DNA from: the human T2T-CHM13v2.0 reference genome, Homo sapiens
Assembly (NCBI RefSeq): GCF_009914755.1
Contig: NC_060944.1
Length of the DNA stretch: 64,000 nt
Direction: 5' to 3' (one strand)
The translations under genes were made by a program, and so were the position numbers. The notes below the pieces were generated by a model. That model saw nothing but the letters and a program-made list of their open reading frames with translations, had not been told where the DNA came from and searched no databases. Of the stretch, positions 16,436 to 29,790 are shown in pieces; the first letter of the stretch is position 1; every line of letters starts with the position of its first letter.

Positions 16436-16819
16436 TAGCTAGGAAGGCCATGGCATTTGTGTGTAAAACAGCCTTCTATTCTGGTAATGGATGCAGCCGC
16501 GGTCTGATAAGCAGGCTGTGCAGCATTCACTAGCATCTGAGGCCAGCATTCACCAGCATTGTGAACCTCGGGAAGAAAACTCAAACAACCTGATGTCCAA
16601 CAGTACTCCTATAAGGAGCAAAATTGGTGAGAGGAGCCCACACTTTTCCTAAACCCCATACAAACATCTCTATCTCTGCCATGATGGCTTAAGCGTAAGT
16701 GAAATCACTTTGACTCACATCCTCAAGGTGAAGAAAGCTGAGCTCACACAGAACGGCTAATATGTGCACAGAACATCACAGCTGGCAAATATCCCGATCC
16801 GTACATCAATCCCCAAAAC

Positions 16820-16940
16820 CAGCTGCTGTTAACCTCACTTTTCAGATAAGGAAATGGGGTTGAGAGAGATTAGATGAGTTGGCAAAGGTGAGTGGAGATT
16901 TGATCACAGGTCAGCTGGATTCACAAATCTGTGTACTTAG
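16820..16940 (-). mobile_element. MIR fragment
   Basis: CTCACTTTTCAGATAAGGAAATGGGGTTGAGAGAGATTAGATGAGTTGGCAAAGGT. Confidence 0.6.
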
Positions 16941-16948
16941 GGCCTCAT

Positions 16949-17133
16949 CTGTGGTTCCCAAATTTCACTGGTCATGTACATCACCTGGGAGCTTGTTAAA
17001 CGCAGATTCTTGGGCTGTGCTCCAGGGACTCTGATTCAATAGTTCAGGGGTTGGACTTGAGCATCCATTTTTAAAGAGCCTTCCAAGTGAATCTGATGCA
17101 GGTGGCGCATTGTCCACAGTGTGAGAATTACTG
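16949..17133. mobile_element. MER5 (A/B) hAT-Charlie MITE
   Basis: GTGGTTCCCAAA...ATCACCTGGGAGCTTGTTAAA...GTGAATCTGATGCAG...TGAGAATTACTG. Confidence 0.75.
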
Positions 17134-17756
17134 CGGCTGCATTGAGCCTTTCAAAAGAGAGAAGCGCCATCCTAAATGAAAACCTTAAAGCCACAAATGA
17201 TGAGAATCAACTCCCAGAAGCATTCCCGGGTCTGTGAGCACAGTCTTTGCAGAAATGCTGGCTTTTAGGCATGCTTCCTAAACTCTCTCACTCCTCATGA
17301 CACAAGCTTTTCCAAATGCTAGTAGCACCTGTACTAATATTTAGTTAATATTTTTTAATATGTCATTTTTCTTAACTTACTTTAAAAGGAAACTCCGTAT
17401 CACTACCAAAATGAAAACCTGGTCTCATTTGCTATAAACACATAATGAGGCTAAAAACAAAATTAACAAAAACAAAAACATAAGTAAATGTTGGCTAGAT
17501 ATTGTTGCTCCCCTAGGGTTCTGACCCTAGAACATGGTTCCTCCTAGGGAAAAATGAGCATTTGTAAGTGTTGGAAGGGCAAGGAGTGATAGAAGCTCTA
17601 AAACTCAGAGGCTCTTTTTATATAAAGAGGTATTAGAAAAGAAATGAAGCATTTTCTCCATGGAATTCAATGCTCATGGATGCCCTGCCCACACACTACA
17701 AAAAATTCCATGAACCACCAGTAATGTCCCATATTTCGGGTGTCATTGGCTTGAGG

Positions 17757-17938
17757 CAGTGTTTTCAAGACTTGAGGGTGAATCAAAATCACCTGGAGAA
17801 TCATTCAGATTGCCAGGCCCTGCCCCCTTGGGTTTCTGATTCAGTGGGTCCGGGGAGGGGCCTGAGAATCTGCATGTCTAGCAAGTTTCCAGGTGAGGCA
17901 GATGCTTCTGGTCCAGGGCCATGCCTTGAGAGAATTCA
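17757..17938 (-). mobile_element. MER5A MITE
   Basis: AATCACCTGGAG...GTTTCTGATTCAGTGGGTC...GGGCCTGAGAATCTGCATGTCTAGCAAGTTTCCAGGTGA. Confidence 0.8.
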
Positions 17939-18769
17939 GAGCAGCTGAAGAAAAGAGGGCTTCATTCCCTGGCACTCTCTGATACCTACAAGGAGCTGTC
18001 AACTGCACATGAGTACCTTCTGGTACTGCACAGTCCCTTTGCAGATTTCCGACCCCAGACATTCCCAGCTCCATATAAGGTCTTTATCAATCACTTCACT
18101 CCAGGACTCTTCTGGAAGCCCCCTCTAAGAGGGGCTAGACCCTGCCAGGTAAAGCTTTTAGATGGGCCGTCCCCTCTCAGGGGGTGTAGGCAGGAAGTTG
18201 CCCACTGACTCGGGGCTGCCTCAACAGACCAGGCCAGCCTGTGGGTCTGACCTGCAGAGGGCCATATCCCACCTTCAGACCTGTTGCCTCTATGCAGCAG
18301 GCTCTGCACCTGCCTGAGGGGTCATTTCTGGTGGGCCCTCTCTCCCTGACCAAGACTTAGCCTTGCTCTGATGTCAAGCCTCCCTGCATCCACCCCTCTC
18401 TCCTGTTCTCCATCCTGGACTACCCCAGAGCCCTGATACTGCCCTCTCCCAGGTCACAGGCCCCAACAATGGGCTGCACTAGCTCTGAGCTTCTCCCCAG
18501 CAGGTTTGAGTAGCAAATAATAAATATTTTTTTTCTAAGCAACTCTTAGTGCAATTCACCCCACTGTGCCTTATGTTTGAAGGAGCTTATAGCAATCCTC
18601 AAGGGATCCAGGACGACACGGGGGACATAATTTAGAGGGGACAGATATTCCTCCACCAGAAGTACTTTCCAGAGAATCTGGGGCCAAGACTCTGGCTGTG
18701 CCCTCTGGTGGGATGACTTCCCTGAGCAGAGAATGCATAGAGTGCATCAGAGCCACACACGTTCCAGGG

Positions 18770-18995
18770 TCCATAGAGCTAGGTTAAAATCCCAGCCTCT
18801 GCTTCCTCCCCGTGTGCCCAAGGACCTGTTTCTGAACCTCTCCATGTCTCATTTCTTCATGTGCAATACAGAGGAAATCATATTTGCCTGCATGATTGTT
18901 GTGGGGATGCAATTAAATAATACACGTCAAGCCTCAGCAAGGGGGCAGCCAGGCTTACAATGCATCCCCAAGAAAGGACGGCAGCTGCCACAAAT
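18770..18995 (+). mobile_element. MIR
   Basis: GGTTAAAATCCCAGCCTCTGC...AACCTCTCCATGTCTCATTTCTTCAT. Confidence 0.6.
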
Positions 18996-19372
18996 GCTGC
19001 CATCATTATTACTGATGGAGCAGCCACCCAGATGGGGGTCACTTCAACTCCTGCTCCAGGCCATCCCAGAGATGGCTATTACCAGGGAAAGGATGTTTCC
19101 CTGCTGGCACACACACACTCATTCAAGATCTCAGCAGCCATAGAAGCTAAAACAACATGGGTTGGGATGTGCAGGTGGGGTTGTAAGGTTGCTCTTGATG
19201 TGACTTTCGATGTCCACCAAGGAAAACCTGAGGGTGCAGGAAGGAATAAACAAATCCCCTTCATCCAGGACTTCCCATTTGCCCTCAGGAGTAAGGCAGG
19301 TGTTGGCAGCTCCCAGAGCTGAAGCCACTGCCTCATAAGTTAATGGGAAGAGCAAAAGGCAAGACCTGCTTA

Positions 19373-19765
<393 letters not shown>

Positions 19766-20009
19766 TCATGGTGGTGTGGTAGACCCACGCCTGCAGTCAA
19801 ACAGACCAGAGTTCACAGCCCAGCAGGTCACTCACCATCAGCATGCAAGTCCACGTGGGACTTCACCTCCAAAGGGCTCTGTTTCCTCTTCTGTGGCCCA
19901 GGTATGGTACAGTGAACTGAGCTGTCAGGGGCATTAACTAAAATTCCAATAATACAAACAGACGCTTCCTAATTAGGCATGTAGGTTGTACTTAGACCAC
20001 TATGTATTA

Positions 20010-20135
20010 TTTCTCCTCATTTTACAGAGAGATGAAGTAACTTGCTCAAGGTCACACAGTCAACAAAGAGGAGAGCTGGGATCTATACCCATGCAGCCCA
20101 CCTCCAAGTCACATGCTATTGGCTGCTAAGCAGCA
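20010..20135 (-). mobile_element. MIR fragment
   Basis: CCTCATTTTACAGA...AAGTAACTTGCTCAAGGTCACACAG. Confidence 0.65.
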
Positions 20136-22583
20136 CCGTGTAGCACAGGGCCTGCCATGCAGCAGTTGTGAGTACAAACTGGGACGGGGTAAGGAGGCAG
20201 GGAAGGTGAAGGTTGCTTTCCCAAAGCCTCTATCTGGATGATGAGATGGGAAGTGAATCTGCAGACTCGATTAATCTAAACCCAAGCTCATTGCACAAGG
20301 CTCTGGTTCCCTGCCCCAAATTTAAACAGCTGCTCCTTCAATGTAGTGGAACACAAATGTCTGAAGAGCTTTGAATTTTAATTATCAAAGTCCTGATGAC
20401 AATCTGAATCAACAGCTGCTCCCAGCAAGGTGGCCCTCAGAGATGCCCAGAGAGGGGCAGAGGGAGGGGACAGGAGGACACAGTCCAGACAGGACACAGA
20501 TGACTGCATCTGTCTGGGGAGCCCTGACACCTGCAGCTGGGAGCTGTGGGATGGACAAACAGGTTGAAATGCAGTAAGAGGAGGAGGGAATCTCTGGGGT
20601 GCACCTGTCCCCTTGCCACAGAACATGTGTGTCTGTCATATGTCGGGGTGAGTGACAATGCAGAGGGAGAATATCAGGGGCCATGGGGAGACCCTACCAT
20701 GGTGTTTCTGATGAGTAGGCCAGGAGGTGTGAATACAATTGCCCAGGGATCCAAGAAGGGGTCAAAAAGAAAGGTGTCAGAGGGATGGTCAACCAACTAA
20801 GAGGTGGCAAATGACAGCCCTGCTGTGACAATAACTCCTATGTTCCAGGTATTGGAGCCTCCACCCATCCCTACCCACCTTCTCTTCTCCAGGTGAGAAA
20901 CGTCCCTCCCTTCCTGCAACTATTTCAGGGAAGACGCTGCCACTCAACACAAAAACCTGTCCCCAATTGCTTCAATGCAAAAGAGAAGGACATTCCCTCC
21001 AAGTACTGACCCTGTCAGTCCCATCTTTTGATTCCTGTCATATCTAACACCTTTCTTACCAGTGACATTGTCTGGATAACCCCAAACTGGAAATACTAGA
21101 ATAACAAAATGGCCAGGAGAACAGAACATACCCCCTGCTTTCTTTTTGGCTTTGCCCATCAATTTGGCAAGATGGCAGCAGAGCAGGTACTGCAGGTAAG
21201 ACAGTAAGTCACCACAAGATACCCAGAAGGAAGTTCGGACACATGTGTCATTTCTAACATCCTTAGCATGCGAGAGTAATTCTCTCCTAGGGAGATATTT
21301 TGTGCCTTACATGCAAGGATACTCAGTGAAGTGTTCTTTACAAGAATGCAAAAGGAATTCAAAAACAGGAGACTAATTAAATAAGTTGTGATACACTCAC
21401 GCACTTGAAGTGCGTGTCATTATCAATAATTTAGAGTTCCAAAGAGCCCGAAGTGTGGAGACATGTTTACAATAAAATGTTAAGTAATAAAGAAGGACAT
21501 TAAATCATCTGTCACATGTATAATTATTCCAATTGCATTTAAAGGACAGAGGTGTATAAATATGAATAGGAAAAAATACAACTAAAAGAAAGTGCATTAA
21601 TCATCTCTGTTCTTATGGATGGGTTTTATTTTTTCTGTGTGCTTCTTCCTATTTTCCTAAGTTTTCTACAGAAAATATGCATTATATAGAGACTTTCAAA
21701 TTTATTTTCAATTTAAAAATTAATAATAAAAGAGGACAGAGAAGTTAGGGAAGGAGAGATGGTGTTCAGACAAGGGCTTGGAGCCCATTTTGAACAAACC
21801 TGGCCTCATTCTCACAGCCCTCAGAGTCAAAATAGCGGAGAACATTTTCCCCTTAAATCAATTCTGCAAAATAATATTTGGTCTGATGTTTGTAGGAATA
21901 CAAGCGTCCTTGGCTCCTGCAAGCGTGGATCAGACAAAGCAACTCAAGAACCCATTCTTGAAACCTAAGGATTAGCAGTTGCCATGACAATGTGTTAGCA
22001 AACAATTTATTAAGTACTTGAAATTTCTCCTCCACTATTGATTACTAAATGGGTATTGGAATGACCCATTACTGCAAGTTCTGTGTCCCCATCTCAGTGC
22101 CTGATCTGGCTGCAAATGGTCCCCCAATTAGGACGCCTGGCTGTAGGCGGCTGCCATTCAAATGCTTGGTTCCCATCCAAGAAAGCAGTCATCTGGGAAA
22201 AGTTTAAGCATAATCTCTCCGGACTAGTTTCTGATAAAGGAGGGAAGAGGACAGGGAAAGGACTTGGGGAGTGCTTACTGATGATGAGGAAGATGAGCCC
22301 TGCTTTGGAAGCACTGACAACTTTTGACAGCAGCCTGCAGCATCAGTGAGATGGAAAACCACCCAACTGCCCTCCTAGGTCCCTCTTCTGATGCCAACAT
22401 CATCATCAGCTGAGGGGGCTGGATCCCTGCCACTGCAGGTCTTTGTTTCAGAAGATTTGGGCCCCTGGACATTCAGCTCCATATCATTCATTCAACAAAA
22501 CTCCACTAAGAGCACTTGCAATGTGATGGTACCAAGCAAGTTCCCTAAATGCCTCAAGTCTTCTACCCTTGTGCACAATTCCC

Positions 22584-22943
<360 letters not shown>

Positions 22944-23254
22944 TGAAACAAAACTTTATACCATAGCTACCACATGTACCTTTCAGCAAGTAGCAAGATA
23001 CAGCTGCCAAATAAATGAGCTGAGCTTATGATAATAGTTGTAGCTGGTATCTAGAATATAGAAGCTTTAAACAAACAACAACAAAAAAAAACTCCTTATC
23101 TTTATGCTGTTTAGACCAATCAACCTTCCTCCCTCAACCCCCTCCCCATCTTAGCCACCACCACCACCACCAATATCCCTGGCAGTGCATTAACTTTGGG
23201 TGCCAAGCTCTCAGAACAGGAGTGGGGGTAAGGAGTTAGACTTGGACAAGAGCA

Positions 23255-23606
23255 GGGCTAAGATTTGAATTATATCCCCTAAATATTCACGTGTTGAAGC
23301 TCTAACCCCCAGTGTCACTATATTTAAAGGTAGGATAAGCTCTTAAAAGGTAATTAAGGTTGAATGAAGTCATAAGGGTGGGGTCCTAATCCAATGGGAT
23401 TGGTGGAGGGTGAGAGATCTCTTTCTCTTTGTACACACACACTTAGGAAATGCCAGGTGAGGACACATGGAGAATCAAGTCAGGAAGAGGCCCCTCACCA
23501 GAGAGAAAACTGGCCAGAACCTTGATGTGGGACTTCCAGACTGTGAGAAAATAAATGCCTGTTGTTTAAGCCACGCAGTCTATGCATTTTGTCATGACAG
23601 CACAAG
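23255..23606 (+). mobile_element. MLT1A-like solo LTR
   Basis: ATTCACGTGTTGAAGCTCTAACCCCCAGTGT...CTGTGAGAAAATAAATGCCTGTTGTTTAAGCCAC. Confidence 0.82.
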
Positions 23607-24723
23607 GTGGGAGCCACTGCCTCCCAAATGCTGAAGAACTAGCACGTTGGCTCAGAAGAGAAGTGGAGCCTACGTGGGCAGAGGGTAAGGAGATGGTTCT
23701 GCTCAGAATGAGGTAGAACCTTCTCATAGAAGAGGCAGAGCAAGCACTGTGCAGGCTTCTAGGAGACAAGAGAGGGAGCGGGTGAGTATACCATCACTAA
23801 TACATGCCGCTGCAAGATCTTCCGCATCAGATGGGAGTTAGATGAGAGGACACAGCGTAGGCGCTCAACAAGTATTTGTCGAAGGATTGACACATTTTCT
23901 TTGTAACTGGACACCAGGCATGCACAGAGACAACTTACAGCTGGTTAGCAGTGGGGAGGTAGGTGCCAGAGACATGGCTGATACCAGTAAACCCTGGAAT
24001 GATAGAGTAAAGGTCATGTCCAGTGATTTTCATTTCAGCTACGTGGCACTAAAACTCATCCTGTCAACATGTGTCCTGACTGAATCCATCCCAGTTTGCA
24101 CATGCAGGCTGGAAACCACTATCTGAGGCCACAGCAGCCTCCTTGTCCCATGAATGCCACACACGGGCCTGGCTTGGGCGTGAGTCCTGCAAGTTCATCC
24201 TGTCAGAGGGTGAGAAACAGAGAAGCAGGCCCACACGACCAGGGGTGACTATGAGAACACAGGGCTGTGCAGGTGCCTGGGGCACACAGAAGGCAGGGCC
24301 CCATCCCTGAGGTGCCAAAGACGTAGGTTAGAACTGTGGATCAGGGCTAGAGCCAAGCCTAGGGGAAATCTGGACCTCCCCATGAGGATCCTGGACTCAA
24401 GGAAGCTCTGATAAGGCAGACATCACTTCTCAAGGGGGCATGTGCCTGGTCTAGACCAAGAGATCAGGGTCTGGCTGCAGCGCAGGCTGCACGTGAAGGT
24501 GTCAGGCCTTTAAAAGGTGGCCGGTGCTTATCAAGGACAAAGAGGACAGAGAACTAAGCTGCAGCCCAGAAGAAGAGCTCCAAAAGTCAGAATGGGGTGG
24601 TTTCTGAAGGTCTGGCTGAGAAGCAAGGTGGAGGGGTGGTGGTAAGAAAGGAAGAGAGCCTTGTGTCTCCCACCCTAGGTAGCATGTCATGTTGTGCACC
24701 CTGGTCAGCGTCACCCTGCTGAC

Positions 24724-24818
24724 TTGGGTGACCAACGTGTCCCAGTTTTCCAAGAACTTTCCCAGTTTCTGCACTGGAAGCCCTGAATCCTGGCAAACCA
24801 CGACAGCTGGTCACCCCA
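24724..24818. mobile_element. MER81 hAT-Blackjack MITE
   Basis: Terminal inverted repeats GGGTGACCA...TGGTCACCC; interior GTCCCAGTTTT...GCACTGGAAG...GGCAAACC. Confidence 0.75.
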
Positions 24819-25049
24819 GCACCAGCCCAGGCTCTGGCGGGGGCTTCACTGAGCTCCTGGAGAAGGACCTTAAAAATCCTCTATCCACCCTGGACACCTA
24901 GGTTACTTCTGAAACAACCGCTCCACCTTCACGACCTCCTCAACAGGCGTCTACTGCCTTTGGAATTGGATGCTATTAATACAAAGAGAAAAATGCAAAA
25001 TGGCAAGCAGTAAGTATACTTCAGAGTGATAATGAAACAAGGGTCCTCA

Positions 25050-25675
25050 TCTTTGCAGCATTGGTCAGCCTGCCCTCATTCTCACCTCTTCCAACCTCTC
25101 CTCTATAGGGATCCTTCCAAACCCCAAATCTGACCAAGCTTGCCCTATTTGGACCCATCCCAGGCTCCCTGTTGCTCTGAGAACAGAATCTAATCTTTAA
25201 TCTGGCCCTCAGGCTCTTTCTGGACCAGACTCCCCCATCTGTCTGGCCTCTTTCCTGCCTTGCACCCAACAGCCTTGCACAACTTTTCAATTCCTCCAGC
25301 CTGGCCAAGCTAATTCATACCTCAGGGCCTTTGCACAGGCCAAACCTTCAGCCAAGAATGTCTTCTGCTCCCCTAGATCTTTATCCTGCCACCTACCAAC
25401 CCAATTTATTTGCCTGCTCAGAAAGGCCTTTATTTATCCTCCCTAGTTCCCTGCAAATAGGATCAATTTGGTCTCCCACAGAGCACAAGCCTTCACTTCA
25501 CTGTATTGCAATTTTTAAATATATTTACATGTTTGTGGGCCACCTCACTCTTCCCTGAACCCTTTGATAACAAGGACTGGAATCTAACTATGTTTTTCCA
25601 GTCCCGAGCATGGTGCCGGGCACAAAGTAGGCATACAGTGAGTGTTTCCTGGTCTATTGATTGATTGATTGACTA
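25050..25675 (+). mobile_element. L2 3' region
   Basis: CCTCAGGGCCTTTGCAC...GCATGGTGCCGGGCACAAAGTAGG, ending in (TGAT)n. Confidence 0.7.
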
Positions 25676-26897
25676 AACTCACCTCCCCCAAACCCTTCAA
25701 TGTGAGAATACATTTTCTTCAAAGTTTTTAGCCATTATAAATGACAGACAAGATGTCTCTTTGAATTTCCAAACGCTTATCTCAAAGCTTTTAGTTTTGT
25801 CTACCAGCTCATGCCACCAACCGGATGAGCCTCAGCAAGGTTCCTGTCAAAGCATCCCTCTTTTTGTTGATTTACTTTAAAATGCAACTCAGTGGCTTCA
25901 AGTCAGAAGAAGAAGAGGCCACGTCTTCAGCCTCTCCTTAAGCATCTATCACCAGCCAGCTGAGAAGATGTGACTGTCATCCTCCCAACCCGACAAGATG
26001 ATTTTTCTCAACCATAATACAAGCCCAGTGAGCCATACAATCATGGTGAATCCCCTATCAGCTCAACATCCTATGCAATTTTTCAGAGAATATGATTCTA
26101 TCTGAAAATACATGCAACAGTCTGGAACTCATTTTTCCCCAGTGCCTAACTTTCAGATTCCTATAAATACCAGATGGCCTTCCAGGCAGTGACACACGTT
26201 GGAATTATCGAACAAGCATCGCTTATGACTTTGCCTTGGGCAGTGTCAAAAGGTACTGAGAATTTACCCATCTCATTACGGCGTTGCTAACAGGGTCTCA
26301 GGCAGTTTGCTGGGCCTGGAGGTGTGTCAAATTGCAGTGCCATGAATGCCTCAAACGAGAGACAGAGAAAGAGAAAGAGAAGGAATATGTGAATGTGTGT
26401 CTGTAGCTGAGGGAAACAACAAGAGTAAAGGGAATTAAACTCTTTTAATAAAGGAAAATAGTTTTCAAACAAAGAAAAAGAAGTCTAATGGTTAGCTACT
26501 GCTGCATAACAAAATTTCCCTAAAACTGAGCAGTTTAAAACAGTATACATTTATTATCTCACATTTTCTGTGGGTCAGGAATCCAGGCAGAGCTCAGCTG
26601 GGTCCTCTCTGTCAGCATCTCACAAGGCTGTAATCAAGATGTAGGCCAGGGTGTGGTCCCATCTGAAGGCATCACTGGGGAATAATATGCTTCTAAGCTC
26701 ACTCTCAGGGTTGTTGGCAGGACTCAGTTTCTCAGGGGTTGTTGGACAGAGATATTAGCTCTGAACTATTGACCAGAGGCATCCTTCAGTCCCTTGCCTT
26801 GTGAGTGTCGCTATAGAGTGTCTCACAACACACCAGCTTGCTTCATCAGCAAGTAAATGAGAGGGTAAGAGAAAGCACCAGCAAAGAGAGAATGCTA

Positions 26898-27219
<322 letters not shown>

Positions 27220-27272
27220 GCCACAACCTTTTGCAACCTAATCTTGGAAGGGCGTCTCATTGCTTTTGCCAT

Positions 27273-27274
<2 letters not shown>

Positions 27275-27306
<32 letters not shown>

Positions 27307-27565
27307 CCAAGCTGGAGTGCAGTGGCATGATCATAGCTCACTGTAACCTCATATTCCTGGGCACAAGCAATCCTCCTACCTTAGCCTCCTGAGAAGCTGG
27401 GACTACAGGCACGCACCAGCACACCCGGCTAATTTCTAAATTTTTTGTAAAGACAAGGTCTTGCTATGTTACCTAGGCTGTTCTCAAACTCCTGGCCTCA
27501 AACAATCCTCCTGCCTTGGCGTCCAAAAGCAATGGGATTACAGACATGAGCCACTGCACCTGGCC
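27275..27565 (-). mobile_element. AluJ, T30 tail joined directly at TTGCCCAAGCTGG
   Basis: Dimer lacking its last ~20 nt; perfect TSD TGCCATAA at 27267-27274 and 27566-27573. Confidence 0.92.
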
Positions 27566-27759
27566 TGCCATAACTTATCTTTAGAAACAAGTGTCTAGGT
27601 CCAGTCTACACTTGAAGGGAAGGGATTACACAAAGGAACGAATATTCAAAGACAGAGATTATTGAGAGCCATGGCAAGGCCTCTTTCCACAGAAAGGCTT
27701 CAGAAAATTATGATCAGAGCCTCTCTCCTAAGGCCTGGAACATAAGAGTATCTGGGATA

Positions 27760-29040
27760 TTCATTCATTCATTCATTTTTCAAAAAGTATTTAATGACTG
27801 TCTGCTATGGACCAAACATTTCTCGTCTAGTCCGGTCTAGTCTAGTCCAGTCCAGTCCAGTCCAGTCTATTCTTCTATTCTATTCTATTCTTAAGATGGA
27901 GTTTTGCTCTTGTTGCCCAGGCTGGAATGCAATGGCGCGATCTTGGCTCACCACAACCTCCTTCTCCTGGATTGAAGTAATTCTCCTGCCTCAGCCTCCC
28001 GAGTAGCTGGGATTACAGCATGTGCCACCACATCTAGCTAATTCTGTATTTTTAATAGAGACAGAGTTTGTCCATGTTGGTCAGGCTGGTCTCGAACTCC
28101 CAACCTCAGGTAATCTGCCTACCTTGGCCTCCCAAAGTACTGAGAGTACAGGTGACCAAACACTATTCTAAATGCTAAGTGAACAAAGGCAGAAGTGAAC
28201 AAAACATACAAAAATCCTTGTCTTCATAAAACTCATATTCTAATGGAAGGAGAAAGACCGTAAATGGGATAACTAGTGTGTTGGATGGTGATAACAGCTA
28301 TAGAGAAAGCAAAACAGGAAAGGGAATGCTGGGGAAGGGGTGGGGGCACAGGTTGAAATCAACACCACATAGGAAAGGCTCCAGTGAGAAGGTAACATTT
28401 GAGCAAAATCATGAAACAGGTCAAGAAGCTATCACATGGTTGTCTGGGGGAAGAGCATTTAGACAGAAGCTGCAGATGCAAGGGTCTTGGGACAGGAGAA
28501 TGAAGCCAGGGGCTGCAGTGGAGTGACAAGAGTAGTAGGAATACGTGAACAGAGGTGTCATGGGCATATCACGGAAAGCCTCATAAGCATTTGTAAGGAC
28601 TTTGTTTTTTATTGCAAATAAGATGGAAAGCTACTGGTGGGGGGTGGCCTGAGACACAGGAGTGATATAAACTGTCTTATAGCTTAACAAGTCTCCTCTT
28701 GACTATGGGGTGGAAGACCAATGTCAGTGGGGTGACAAGGGCAAAATGCAGGAATTCACTGAGGAGGCTGCAGGTCTACTCTAGATGAGAGCCAATGATG
28801 ACGTAATCTGGGGCAGCAGCACAGGAGGTGGGTAGGTTGGCTTCTGGATATATTTTGGAAGCACAGCCTAAGGATTTGCTGATGGGTTAGATGTGGAGTG
28901 TGAAGGCAAGAAACAAAGAAATAAGACATAGTTCTAATGTTTTGGCCCTAGCAACTGGGAGAACAGAATTGAAGATTCGTTTAATTCTAAACGAAGTAAA
29001 GACCAAGAGTTCAGTTTTGGAAGTGGTAGAAAACTAGGGT
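27760..29040 (-). mobile_element. L2a, interrupted by an Alu
   Basis: (ATTC)n tail on the left; GAGAAGGTAACATTTGAGCA, TCTGGATATATTTTGGAAG, GGATTTGCTGATGGGTTAGATGTGG, AAGAGTTCAGTTTTGGA. Confidence 0.8.
27821..28155 (-). mobile_element. AluSp-like with compound pentanucleotide tail
   Basis: GAGTTTTGCTCTTGTTGCCCAGGCTGGAATGCAATGGCGCG; tail (TCTAG/TCCAG/TATTC)n; TSD core GACCAAACA at 27810 and 28154. Confidence 0.9.
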
Positions 29041-29544
29041 GATCATTAGATCAAAGTTAGAACCTCTGAAAGCCTCGGCCCTGCATCTGGGTGATGGACC
29101 GTGGTCCACACAGCACACTCGAGCCTCAGTTTCTTCACTGTACCTGCAAGTGCCTAACACCTCCTAAGTCCCACATTTAGCCAGCAGCCCATCCCTGCGC
29201 AGTGGGAATCTCGGCTTTACACGTTATGTGCGCATATCATATTACTGTACAATAACTCAAGTCTTGCTATATAGGCACATCATAAAACTATTCCAAGAGG
29301 ATAGATTACTTGAAACCAGCATTTAATGTGCAGCTATTACATGCCAGGCACTATCCAACGCACTGCTCCTACGTTATCCACATGCATACACAGGCACTGG
29401 GTGTCATAGGATCTCTAGCAGTCAGAGACTGTGGCTCTCAAGCTCCTTGGCAGTAGGCTGTGGTCATCTTTCCCACGTGTGCCTGTGTTTCTCTGCATTA
29501 AGATTTTCAGAAATGAGGGCCATGTCTGGGAATCTGTTTACTAC

Positions 29545-29790
29545 TGCAGTTATGCTGAGCCAGACAGTCTCTCCCTGTAAACTTGCAGTGATGGGAACCT
29601 CATGACCCCATAAAGCAGCCCCCTCCAATGTTACAGCTAGTTCTCAGAAAGTCTTTCCCTTTTATTATCAGCCAAAATAAAATCCTATAGTTTCTATTCA
29701 TTGGCTCCAGTTCACCTTGTGGAGCCACCAGAGAAAATTTCCCCTGCCTTCCAAATCACAAGCTTTCAGAGAGTTGAGAGCAGCTCTTCA
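29545..29790. mobile_element. Possible L3/CR1 fragment
   Basis: CAGTGATGGGAACCTCATGACCCCATAAAGCAGCCC...AGAAAGTCTTTCC resembles CR1/L3 remnants. Confidence 0.4.
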
